Shown piece after piece: positions 27,429-37,001 of a stretch of 64,000 nucleotides of DNA; position 1 is the stretch's first letter; each line of letters opens with the position of its first letter. Made by a program: the position numbers and the translations under genes. Below the pieces are notes generated by a model. The model was not told the origin of the DNA. It worked only from the letters and a program-made list of their open reading frames with translations, and did not search any database. The stretch spans positions 2,848,001 through 2,912,000 of the forward strand of contig OZ242320.1 of assembly GCA_965208125.1 (NCBI GenBank). Direction: 5' to 3'. The stretch is from Candidatus Latescibacterota bacterium (GTDB lineage: Bacteria; Latescibacterota; UBA2968).

Positions 27429-30162
27429 CGGCGTTGAGGAGAACGATGCGGTCGCAGGTGATAGCGGGATAATCCCGTACGGTGATGGTTTTTTCCGAGG
27501 CGGATTCGATTTCGTAGCCGGTGTCTGCGGCTAATAGATAGGTTCCGGGGAGGGTGTCGGGTTCGGACAGGGTTTGCGATATATGATAGGTGCGATTGTC
27601 AACTGAGGTGACGTCGAGTGAGGTCTGTGCCTGTGAGCGCGTAAGGGTGTGACTGCCGTAGCTGAGTTCGGTGCCGCAGAGCAGATAAGCCCGTTGGAGA
27701 TTGCCCTGATTGTCGATGGATACATAAGCGAATTTGCCTGTGATGGAGATGGGGCCGAGGTCATGAGTGGTGCTATCTGGGGCTGATAGGATGTAGTCGG
27801 TACAGCCATCGCGTTTTACAGCGATTGCCATGGCGCTGGTGTCGGGGTCGTTCAGGATCAGGTGTGCGGATTGGATGGGTGATTTGTCGGTGTAGGGTGC
27901 GATGACAGCGGCGTACCTTGTGTTCGCGTCGTCTTTGCGTTCGGCCAGGATTTGCTGGACAGGTGGGGCGTTGAGCTGGTCGCCCAGGTCTGAGCGCCAG
28001 CCGGGCGCGTCTGCGAGCAGGAGGCGATGGATGGGGTTGAGCAGAGTGAGGTCCATTCGCAGGTCCTGGTTTTGCCATGTGGCGGTGAAGGGGGCTTGGG
28101 GATGGTCGGCGCGGATGTTGTCGAGCCATTCGATTTTTTCGTTTACGGGTTGGGGGTCGGCACCGCGAATGCCCGTAAGGCGGCCGTTGCAGTGGAAGCC
28201 ATACTGGTGGAGATTGCCGCCGTTTATTCGGAAGATGTCGATGGCATAGGTCTGTTCGCCGGGGATCTGGATGAGCGCACAGGTGCGCTGGTAGCGGTCG
28301 CATTGCTCGTACGGAGCGGCGGATGCCTGGACGATTTCGACGCCTGCGCCCGTGCCAAAGAGTTCCAGGGTGGCGGGTTTCGGGTTGCCGTTCTGGTTTT
28401 GGGCGTCAACGGTGACGATGTTGTGGGAGAGGGTGCTTTTGGTCCATGCATTTCTGGGGTCGTCCCAGATATAACCCCGGTCTGCAGCCATTTCTCGCCC
28501 ATGGGCGATGTAGATGATGCCCAGGCTGTCGTAGTGGCGATGGCCGCCAAAGCCATAACCGTTGAAGTAGAAGGCGGTGTGACCTTTTGGGTTTCCGCCG
28601 CGCAGGACGGCCACGTGCCAGCCGGGGAACCATTCGGTGTGGTGGGGCAGGTCGGTGTCCTGTTCGGCTACTATATCGGGGGCCCGGTGCCAGAGGGCGT
28701 ATTCGTCGCCTTTTTGTGAGAGCGGGGCGTTCTGCGATTTTTCCAGCAGGCCGGCGTAGCGATTGCCGTAATGGGCGGATAGGACTTCGGCGTAGATGGG
28801 GTCGATGCTGCGGCCTTCTCGGGAGTCTCCGATGACGGGGTCTTGCAGGTTCGGGTCGAGCATGCGGGCCATGCTTTCCAGAGAGAGACGGTAGCGGTCA
28901 AAGTGCTGAAAGGGGTCCAGGTTTTTGAGGGGTGGACCGGTTTCGGGTTCGTAGCCGTCGGGGTCGGAGTATCCGACGAGCAGTTCTGGGATGTCGCGCA
29001 ACAGGTTGAGGTGCATGGCGGAATAGGAGGGAGATTCGGTACAGAAGCCGTCGAAGTGGAAAGCATCTTCGAGGAGGATTTCAAGACCTTCGATGGCGCG
29101 GCGCACGCTTTGTGGTCTGTTAAAGAGTATGCCGACGGCGGCGCTTAGTGCGCGGCCGGGACCGCATTTGTTGTTGATTTCGCTCCAGTTTTCGGTGTCT
29201 GCACAGCCGGATAGGATGAGGTCGTTGACGATGCGTTGATCCATTTCGGGTGTGAGGACTGGGGAGCCATCCTGATATTGGGCAGTTCGGATGAGGTCGT
29301 AGGCCAGGGTGACCTGGAGAATGCTTCCGCCGTCAGAGCCGCTGCAGCCAAAGCGTCCGGCACCCCAGAAGCCGTTGTTGAGTATTGCATGGTCGGCCTC
29401 GCGATGGCGGCCTTCAAAGGCGGTGATGATGGTTTCGACGGGAAAACGCCCGGCGCGGGGATATTTGCCCAGGGAGATGGCTACTTCGGCCGGCGGGCAA
29501 TCCGCTATGGTGCCGTCGTAGGAGTGGAAGAGCCAGTTGGGGTATCGCCGCGCCATGCAGTCCATGATCCAGGCGCATCGCTGGGCGTATAATACGTCAT
29601 CCGTGAGGGCGTATAATTTGGCAAGCGGTAGTATTTGTTCGAAGCACCAGCGGCTTTTTTTTGTGCGGATGATGCCGGTCCAGCTCGTGTGTACGGGCCA
29701 CCGGACCCATTTGAAGGCGTATTTGCCGGATTTGTCTTCGGGGTGGGCGCGTTCTTCGTCGGTGAGGTAGAAGGTGAAGGTCTGGTTCATTCTGGGCGCG
29801 GTGATGCTGCCGGTTTCGGGATAGTTGGCGTTGGGATATTCGGTTTTGCAGTATTTGCATAAGAGTTTATCCGGATCGGTGGGATCCCATTCGTACAGGC
29901 CGGTTTCGCCCATGGAGGAGAGGCGGTTGACGCAGGCGGGACAGTTCTGGCCGTATTCGGGCCAGGGGGTGAGTTCGGGCATCATGGCGTCGATAAAGTC
30001 GCGGTTCTGGTCCATGAGGTGGGTGACCTGCTGTTTCCAGCTTTCGAGGATGGTCTGCGCCCAGGGGTAGCGGCTGAGGTTTTTACGGGCGTTTTCGACG
30101 TTGAGTAGCGGCATGGGTACTCCTGTGGAACGCGTTGGTTTTATCGCTTTTACTTTTTGCAA
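27412..30162 (-). CDS. Heparinase II/III-like polysaccharide lyase
   Basis: ESPSY, GHRHYD, DRGY, HNIVTVD; N-terminal CPAC...CKYC. Confidence 0.75.
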   Translation of the reverse strand: MQKVKAIKPTRSTGVPMPLLNVENARKNLSRYPWAQTILESWKQQVTHLMDQNRDFIDAMMPELTPWPEYGQNCPACVNRLSSMGETGLYEWDPTDPDKLLCKYCKTEYPNANYPETGSITAPRMNQTFTFYLTDEERAHPEDKSGKYAFKWVRWPVHTSWTGIIRTKKSRWCFEQILPLAKLYALTDDVLYAQRCAWIMDCMARRYPNWLFHSYDGTIADCPPAEVAISLGKYPRAGRFPVETIITAFEGRHREADHAILNNGFWGAGRFGCSGSDGGSILQVTLAYDLIRTAQYQDGSPVLTPEMDQRIVNDLILSGCADTENWSEINNKCGPGRALSAAVGILFNRPQSVRRAIEGLEILLEDAFHFDGFCTESPSYSAMHLNLLRDIPELLVGYSDPDGYEPETGPPLKNLDPFQHFDRYRLSLESMARMLDPNLQDPVIGDSREGRSIDPIYAEVLSAHYGNRYAGLLEKSQNAPLSQKGDEYALWHRAPDIVAEQDTDLPHHTEWFPGWHVAVLRGGNPKGHTAFYFNGYGFGGHRHYDSLGIIYIAHGREMAADRGYIWDDPRNAWTKSTLSHNIVTVDAQNQNGNPKPATLELFGTGAGVEIVQASAAPYEQCDRYQRTCALIQIPGEQTYAIDIFRINGGNLHQYGFHCNGRLTGIRGADPQPVNEKIEWLDNIRADHPQAPFTATWQNQDLRMDLTLLNPIHRLLLADAPGWRSDLGDQLNAPPVQQILAERKDDANTRYAAVIAPYTDKSPIQSAHLILNDPDTSAMAIAVKRDGCTDYILSAPDSTTHDLGPISITGKFAYVSIDNQGNLQRAYLLCGTELSYGSHTLTRSQAQTSLDVTSVDNRTYHISQTLSEPDTLPGTYLLAADTGYEIESASEKTITVRDYPAITCDRIVLLNAATFAP

Positions 30163-30196
30163 TATATTGAGAAATAGACTTTGTGTCTAACCATTC

Positions 30197-30225
30197 TTGC
30201 GTCTTGCGTCTCTCTTTTGTAATAT
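30197..30225 (+). promoter_or_regulatory. Putative sigma70 promoter of the epimerase operon
   Basis: TTGCGT-17 nt-TAATAT upstream of a GGAGG RBS and ATG 30283. Confidence 0.5.
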
Positions 30226-30282
30226 CTTCACTGACCGGATGCATAATACCAGAATACAGGTTATTTATTTTGGAGGACTACG

Positions 30283-31320
30283 ATGGGGAAGCAGCAAATA
30301 GCAGCAACAATGCTCAATAAAGACGATTTGATCGTTATTTGCGGGGCGGGCGGTTTTATTGCCGGTGCGCTGACGCGATATTTTCACGATCAGGGGTTTG
30401 TGCGGCTTCGCGCTGTTGATAAGAAGCCTTTGCCCGAGTGGTACCAGCGTGTGCCGGGGGTGGAGAATCTGTGTTTGGATTTGAGCGATGCAGATAATTG
30501 CAAACGCGCCGTTGAAGGGGCTGCTGAAGTGTACAATCTCGCGGCGGATATGGGGGGGATGGGATTTATCGAGCGGTTCAGGATCGACTGTTTGCGGAGT
30601 ATTCTGATCAATACCCATCTGATTGAAGCGGCCTATTGGGCAGGTGTTGATCGGTATTTCTTTTCTTCTTCTGCCTGCGCGTATAATACTGAGTTGCAGG
30701 AGGATCCCAATGTGCGCGCACTCAAAGAATCAGATGCGTATCCGGCAATGGCAGAGCGTGGATACGGTTGGGAGAAGTTGGTTTCGGAGATGTTTTGCGA
30801 GGAATACTGGGCAGAGCGCGAGATGAAGACGGCGATTGCGCGGTTCCACAATGTGTATGGTCCTTATGGGACGTGGGATGGCGGCCGGGAGAAGGCGCCT
30901 GCTGCGCTTTGTCGCAAAGCGATTGAGGCCAAAGACAATGGCAATCTCGAGATTGATATTTGGGGCGATGGCAACCAGACGCGCAGTTTTATGTATGTTG
31001 ACGATTGTATCAGGGGCATCGATCTGATTATGCACAGTGAGGACCTCGTTGCAACGCCTATTAATCTGGGTTCGAGCGAGTTGGTTTCCATCAATGAACT
31101 GGTGAGTGTTATCGAGGAGATCGGCGGTATTAAACTCAATCGCACGTATGATCTCACGGCACCTCAGGGCGTTGCTGGTCGCAATAGCGACAATACGATG
31201 ATTAAAGAAATGCTCGATTGGGAGCCAGATACCTCTTTGCGCGATGGTATGGCTAAGACTTATGCCTGGATTGCACAACAATATGCGGACCGCAAAGCGG
31301 GTAAGCGGACGGTGAGTTAA
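30283..31320 (+). CDS. GDP-mannose 3,5-epimerase-like extended SDR
   Basis: GAGGFIA, AADMGGMGFI, SSAC, YGWEK, GGREKAPAALCRK, GRNSDN. Confidence 0.85.
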   Translation: MGKQQIAATMLNKDDLIVICGAGGFIAGALTRYFHDQGFVRLRAVDKKPLPEWYQRVPGVENLCLDLSDADNCKRAVEGAAEVYNLAADMGGMGFIERFRIDCLRSILINTHLIEAAYWAGVDRYFFSSSACAYNTELQEDPNVRALKESDAYPAMAERGYGWEKLVSEMFCEEYWAEREMKTAIARFHNVYGPYGTWDGGREKAPAALCRKAIEAKDNGNLEIDIWGDGNQTRSFMYVDDCIRGIDLIMHSEDLVATPINLGSSELVSINELVSVIEEIGGIKLNRTYDLTAPQGVAGRNSDNTMIKEMLDWEPDTSLRDGMAKTYAWIAQQYADRKAGKRTVS

Positions 31321-31333
31321 GGGTATTTATTTT

Positions 31334-32128
31334 ATGGGCAAAGATATTACGAGCGTTATTGGCAATATTCCATTTCGCATGGCTTTTGCCGGTGGGTGGA
31401 TTGATCAGCCGTTTTTGTCTCAGTACAATCCATCGCCTCCCGGGTCTATGGTTGTGGTTTCGCTCGAGCCGACCAGTCGTTTTATGAATCGCTGCGGTAT
31501 GGCGACGAGTACGAGAGACGTTGCGATGAGGCTCTGGGGTTCTGCGTTTCCCGATCGCGCGCCGTCCGATCTGGTGAAGGAATTGTACACGGTTGAAAAT
31601 GAGGGCAAGGCCGAGCCGTCGGGGTCGCAGGATATGGTCGGGTTGCTTTATCCGGGTGTGAGCAGGCTCGATTACGATTGCGAGTACGAGGGGGGGTATT
31701 TTCCGGTCCATATCGAGTCCAATAATGACCCCGATGTCGCACGTTGGATCGAAGATGTGATCTACATGGTTCCGGTTGCCCCGCGGCCCGATGGCTATGA
31801 GCCGTTGGGTGAAAAGAATTTAGATCCGATATGGATTGAGAGATTGAGCCAGTCGGGCAAGGATTGTTATGATGCGATTATTGCCAGGGATGTGCGGGGA
31901 TTGGGTGCATCGCTGAATGAGTGTATGGTTTGCTGGGAGACCCTGTTGCCGCATACGGTACGACATCCGACTATCCGGATTGATCTGATGGGTATTCTGG
32001 AATATTATCAATCGAGATATGTCGGGGCGATGTATTCGGGTTGTGGCGGTGGGTATATTTACGTTGTGTCTGAAGAACCCGTGCCGGGCGCTCTTCGCGT
32101 GGATGTCCGATATGATAAAGGGGCGTAA
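31334..32128 (+). CDS. GHMP-family sugar kinase
   Basis: PFRMAFAGGWID, GMATS, GSQD, SGCGGG. Confidence 0.75.
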   Translation: MGKDITSVIGNIPFRMAFAGGWIDQPFLSQYNPSPPGSMVVVSLEPTSRFMNRCGMATSTRDVAMRLWGSAFPDRAPSDLVKELYTVENEGKAEPSGSQDMVGLLYPGVSRLDYDCEYEGGYFPVHIESNNDPDVARWIEDVIYMVPVAPRPDGYEPLGEKNLDPIWIERLSQSGKDCYDAIIARDVRGLGASLNECMVCWETLLPHTVRHPTIRIDLMGILEYYQSRYVGAMYSGCGGGYIYVVSEEPVPGALRVDVRYDKGA

Positions 32129-32129
32129 T

Positions 32130-32927
32130 ATGAAGACGGTTATTGTTTCAGGCAGTTTTGACGATATGAGGGCGCGCGATATCCGTTTTTTGCAAGAGGC
32201 CTCCAGATACGGATGTCTTCACGCGCTGGTGTGGGGGGATGATGCTATTGAAGGGCGACTCAAATTTCCGGAAGAAGAACGCATGTATATGATGGATGCG
32301 ATTTGCTATGTGGATCGCGCGACGCTTGTGACGGAGTTGGCAGATAAAGACGGTCTTCCCGATGCGGTCCAGGCCGATATGTGGGTGGTGGATGAACGAG
32401 ACGATACGCCGCAGAGACGACATTTTTGCGAGGCGCACAATATCGCATATCGCGTTTTGACCGCAGACGATGTGAGGGGGTTTCCGATAGGGGAGACAGC
32501 GGATGGGGATGCGAAAAATAAAAAAGTGATTGTTACGGGGTGTTTTGACTGGTTTCACTCCGGGCATGTCCGATTTTTTGAAGAGGTGTCGGAGTTGGGC
32601 GATTTGTACGTTGTTGTGGGGCACGATGCCAATGTCCGTCTGCTCAAAGGCGAACATCATCCGATGTTCGGTGAAGACGAACGCCGATATGTGGTGCAAT
32701 CCGTTTGCTTTGTCAAACAGGGGCTTATTTCCTCTGGCGATGGATGGATGGATGCCGCGCCTGAGATTGCGGTTATTAAACCGGATATTTACGCGGTGAA
32801 TGAAGACGGCGATAAGCCGGAGAAGAGAGTTTTTTGCGAGGAACACGGTCTGGAATACGTCGTGTTAAAACGCGCGCCAAAAGAGGGATTGCCCCGCCGA
32901 GAGAGCACGGTTTTGCGAGGGTTTTAA
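32130..32927 (+). CDS. Tandem cytidylyltransferase-like (HxGH) nucleotidyltransferase
   Basis: Two repeats: GSFDDMRARD (degenerate) and GCFDWFHSGH; RESTV tail. Confidence 0.8.
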   Translation: MKTVIVSGSFDDMRARDIRFLQEASRYGCLHALVWGDDAIEGRLKFPEEERMYMMDAICYVDRATLVTELADKDGLPDAVQADMWVVDERDDTPQRRHFCEAHNIAYRVLTADDVRGFPIGETADGDAKNKKVIVTGCFDWFHSGHVRFFEEVSELGDLYVVVGHDANVRLLKGEHHPMFGEDERRYVVQSVCFVKQGLISSGDGWMDAAPEIAVIKPDIYAVNEDGDKPEKRVFCEEHGLEYVVLKRAPKEGLPRRESTVLRGF

Positions 32928-32931
32928 TTCT

Positions 32932-35274
32932 CTATTCGTACCGTATCAAATCTACAGGATTGGTCCGTGTGGCCCAATAGGATCGAATCCCTACGGTGAG
33001 CAGGGCAATTGCTAATGCGGCTATTGTACTTAGTGTGAAACTCGTGATATTTGGTGTAATGCGGTATGAGAAATTTTGAAGCCAAATGTCTATAGCATAG
33101 TAAGCCACTGGCCAGGCAATCAGGCTGGCGATGGATACCAATTTCATATACTCCTTAGAGAATAGCATCACGATATTTGTAACTGTAGCACCGAGAATCC
33201 TGCGAATACCTATTTCTTTGGTGCGTTGCTGAATCGCAAAAGAAGCCAGGCCGAATAATCCAAGGCAAGCCATTGTAATTGCAATTAGAGAAAAAAGAGT
33301 CAAAAGTCTTCCCATCTTGCGTTCTGATTGATGTAGTCTTGCGAAATATTCGTCAATAAAGAAGTATTCAAATGGAGGTCCAGGAGATATAGACCTCCAT
33401 TGTTTTTTGAGAAGATCAAGCGTGTTTTCAATATTTTTTGTGCGAAGCTTGATGGTAATAAAATTCAGTCTGTCCGCAGGTTGATAGACGAATACCAGGG
33501 GTTCGATATTTTGACGAAATGAAGCGAAGTGAAAATCTTTCACGACGCCGATGACGTGTCTTTCTGCACTACCCCATTTTATCCTGTTTCTCTCTCCCAA
33601 AGACCAATTGAAACGCGTCAGGGCAGTCTGGTTGATGATGACGTATTGCGTTATATCGCTGCTGTGAGCTTCGGAGAAATCCCGGCCTTCTAATAATTCG
33701 ATTCCCAGTGTTTCAAGGAAATTGTAACCAACTTCAATTATTCGAACTGGAATGCGTGTATTTTCAAAAGAGCCTTCGGGGTAAATAGATGCTGTCGTGA
33801 ATCTTGTACCCGGAATACAGTCTGAGATGGTTACGCTGGAGACTTCAGTGAACTTCAGCAACTCATCCTTCAAAACTCTATAGGTATTTTCCGGTATAGG
33901 TGAGATGGGAAGAACTATGACCTGTTCTTTGGCGAATCCCAATCTCTTGGAAGCAATATAATTCAACTGGTTATATACGATGCTTGTGGCAATTATTAAC
34001 ATAATGGATATGGAGAATTGAAAAACGATAAGGATTTGTCTGAATCGTATTCCTCTTAATCCCGTTTCTGAATCTTTTTTCACAACTCTGATGGGTTCAA
34101 ATTTAGATAAATAGAAGGCTGGATATATTCCTGCCATAGTTCCGACGCCTATTACAGAACAAATCACGAAGAGGGCGATATCCCAAAAATGATAGTTGAA
34201 GCCAATCTCTACGGTCGCAAATAGCTGTATCCAGGGAAGAAAATAATAAACTATTCCCCAGGCCAATAGGACAGATAGGAAAGCAAATAAAATGGATTCC
34301 CCTAAGAATTGTTTAATCAACTGAGTGCGGCTTGCTCCAACGACTTTTCTTAAACTGATTTCGTCTGTTCGATTGAGAGATTGTGCTGTTGTCAAATTTG
34401 TGAAATTGATGCAGGCAATAAGCAGAATCAATACGGCAATAGAGGATAGTATATAGACATACAGAATATCGCTATTGGGTTCGATTTCGTTTTCGAGATT
34501 TGAGTGGAGATGAATATCCGTTAAGGGCTGCAAGATAAGCTTTGAGTTGTCTCCATATGAACTTTGTGCTAAAAGGTTCAATGACACATTAAGCATTTCT
34601 GATTTCAAATTTTCAGGGAGTAACAGGTAGGTGTAGAAATGGTGAGAATTTTTACGGGATATTGCCCGCTTATTCGCGCTTTCAAGCGTGGAGAAGGAAA
34701 TTAAGCAGTCGAATTTAAAGTGAGAATTGGAGGGTATATCTTTCAGGATTCCCGTAATTTTGAAATTTTTTTTGAAGGTTTCAAAAACGAGTGTCTGCCC
34801 GAGCGGGTTTGTGTTTCCAAAATACTTGATAGCCATTTGCTTTGATATGACAATTGTATTGGGTTCCCGTAAGGCTGTGTTTATATTGCCCTGGAGAAGC
34901 GAGAATGAGAATACTTTAAAAATGGAAGCGTCGGCAAAGATAATGTCTTCATAATGGCTTTGATCTCGATACTTGAGGGTGTAATGTTTCCAGGGCCACA
35001 GTCGCGTATAAAGGATTTCGGGAAATTCACTTGCCAAGCCCGGTGCGATGGGAGCCGCGATAGATGCCCAGGTTCTATCTTTAATCTGGGAGACTAACCT
35101 GTAGATTCGGTCCGATTTGTCATGATGGCGATCATAGCCGAGTTCGTGCTGCACATATAGCATGAGCATGGTGAAACAGGCGATACCTATTGACAATCCC
35201 ACAATATTGATGATCGAATACATCTTATTTCGAAATAGATTTCGAAGCGCAATAGTAATATAGTTTCTGTACAC
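32932..35274 (-). CDS. ABC transporter permease (MacB/FtsX type, duplicated)
   Basis: QPLTDIHL, IACINF, GVVKDFHF, RTKEIGIRRILGA. Confidence 0.92.
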   Translation of the reverse strand: MYRNYITIALRNLFRNKMYSIINIVGLSIGIACFTMLMLYVQHELGYDRHHDKSDRIYRLVSQIKDRTWASIAAPIAPGLASEFPEILYTRLWPWKHYTLKYRDQSHYEDIIFADASIFKVFSFSLLQGNINTALREPNTIVISKQMAIKYFGNTNPLGQTLVFETFKKNFKITGILKDIPSNSHFKFDCLISFSTLESANKRAISRKNSHHFYTYLLLPENLKSEMLNVSLNLLAQSSYGDNSKLILQPLTDIHLHSNLENEIEPNSDILYVYILSSIAVLILLIACINFTNLTTAQSLNRTDEISLRKVVGASRTQLIKQFLGESILFAFLSVLLAWGIVYYFLPWIQLFATVEIGFNYHFWDIALFVICSVIGVGTMAGIYPAFYLSKFEPIRVVKKDSETGLRGIRFRQILIVFQFSISIMLIIATSIVYNQLNYIASKRLGFAKEQVIVLPISPIPENTYRVLKDELLKFTEVSSVTISDCIPGTRFTTASIYPEGSFENTRIPVRIIEVGYNFLETLGIELLEGRDFSEAHSSDITQYVIINQTALTRFNWSLGERNRIKWGSAERHVIGVVKDFHFASFRQNIEPLVFVYQPADRLNFITIKLRTKNIENTLDLLKKQWRSISPGPPFEYFFIDEYFARLHQSERKMGRLLTLFSLIAITMACLGLFGLASFAIQQRTKEIGIRRILGATVTNIVMLFSKEYMKLVSIASLIAWPVAYYAIDIWLQNFSYRITPNITSFTLSTIAALAIALLTVGIRSYWATRTNPVDLIRYE

Positions 35275-35468
35275 AGCGATCTCTCAATTGCATCGGATGG
35301 TTGATCTCAAATAGATTTCCTCATTCTTACATCGTAGAGGATGCACTTTGACAATGAGGGGTGTGAGAGTATTTCAGAATACTATGCTATGAAACTTTAT
35401 CGCGGAGCGTTTTGTCTTTTTATGTAGTAAATTAAGACCTCTATAGCTCTAAATAACAGGATTGTGCG

Positions 35469-37001
35469 ATGTCAAATGTTCTTTTTGATAAATCCGATGT
35501 CGAATCCCATCTTAGGACGCTCGGTTTCGACAGGGTGCTCGCTTATAAGCTCTGGTGTTACCGCAATGGGTTGGATACTGGTCTGGATAAAACCGCTGTT
35601 CAGCGTCAGGCAGAGATTGATCTTCTTCAACGCGAGGTTGAGCAGCGCGATCCCGATGTTAGCCCGAGACACAATGCCCACCGCGCCAAATTTATTGCCC
35701 GTATCTTTAAAGGCGAGCTTCAGGATGAGACTGTCTCTGATTTGCTCTTTCGCATTCGCGCGATTTACAATAATCTCGACGGTGATCCCGACGCGCAACA
35801 AGCTCTGGGCCGCCTCGTTCTCCACGTTGAAAAATATGGCGATTTGATGCGGCCCGCACGCGCCTGCAAGCGTTTTGGTCATACGGTTGTCAATACCTAT
35901 ATCGCCGCTCTTGAGCAACTCGCTCGCAATCACGCGGATTGGATTCGTCCCGTTGAAGATTGGCGACCTAATAGCTATAAACCAGCGCACCAATTCTATA
36001 GTCTTGCGCGTCATCTTCTGGCACAATACGATGTGCCCGCATTTTTTGATACGGCATTTTTACAGGGCAATACATCACAGGCGCGACAGGAACAAGCGTG
36101 GTTTATACACGTTGGCATGGGGCAAAATATCCGCACAGCCGGTGTGCCTATGCGGATCACAAAGCGCATGGCGCATTTGCTTTTGCAAGAAAAACGCAGT
36201 TATCACACTGTTGTTCAGTGCCTTCGCAAGGTTCAGTACGTAGCTTATGGCGGCAATCCGAAGAGTGCCTGGGAAATTGCCCATGGGCCTCTGGGAGAAG
36301 GATTCGAGAACGAAGATTTTTGGGAGACTGTTGTCCATTTCCTCGCCAATCAGGCTTTTCTCGAACGCAGTTACATCAATCCCATTATCGACTATATCCG
36401 CAATCAAAAATTCACGCCTCAGCGCATGCCGCAACCCGATGGCACGGAGATCGAAGGTCCGCCGCCACATCCCAATTTTTGCATGAAGGGCCGCAGTATC
36501 AATAAGCTTCTCCGCCAGGTCGATGTGTGGCATCAAGAGCTTACGGGTTTGGAAGATGTCGAGTTGGAAATCTGGAAGCCCTCTGGTTTTAGAGAATTTG
36601 AACACGTTGCGCTGGATCCCAAGCTCAAACGCAATGTTCAGTGGACGGTTCACGAACTTATCACTTCGCAGCAACTCTACGCCGAGGGACGCATTATGCA
36701 TCACTGTGCGGGGTCTTATACCAGACGTTGTGCCTCGGGTGAGAAATCTCTCTGGTCTTTGCGCGCGCTGGACCTCGACGCTGCTGAGGAAAATCAGGTG
36801 CAGGAACACGTTCTCACCATTGCGGTCAATAATAAGAAAAAAGCCGTCGAGCAAAACGCTGGCAAATTCAATCTCAAACCCTTTGGCAAAAAACATCTCG
36901 CCAGGCGACGCCAAACGGGGAACGTTTACCTTCATCTCCTCCGCGAGGCGCCGACGATTATGCGCCTGTGGATGAATCGCGAAGGGTTGTCCCATGGATA
37001 A
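35469..37001 (+). CDS. PcfJ-like domain protein
   Basis: EGRIMHHCAGSY, SLWSL, LTIAV, MKGRS...WH. Confidence 0.7.
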   Translation: MSNVLFDKSDVESHLRTLGFDRVLAYKLWCYRNGLDTGLDKTAVQRQAEIDLLQREVEQRDPDVSPRHNAHRAKFIARIFKGELQDETVSDLLFRIRAIYNNLDGDPDAQQALGRLVLHVEKYGDLMRPARACKRFGHTVVNTYIAALEQLARNHADWIRPVEDWRPNSYKPAHQFYSLARHLLAQYDVPAFFDTAFLQGNTSQARQEQAWFIHVGMGQNIRTAGVPMRITKRMAHLLLQEKRSYHTVVQCLRKVQYVAYGGNPKSAWEIAHGPLGEGFENEDFWETVVHFLANQAFLERSYINPIIDYIRNQKFTPQRMPQPDGTEIEGPPPHPNFCMKGRSINKLLRQVDVWHQELTGLEDVELEIWKPSGFREFEHVALDPKLKRNVQWTVHELITSQQLYAEGRIMHHCAGSYTRRCASGEKSLWSLRALDLDAAEENQVQEHVLTIAVNNKKKAVEQNAGKFNLKPFGKKHLARRRQTGNVYLHLLREAPTIMRLWMNREGLSHG

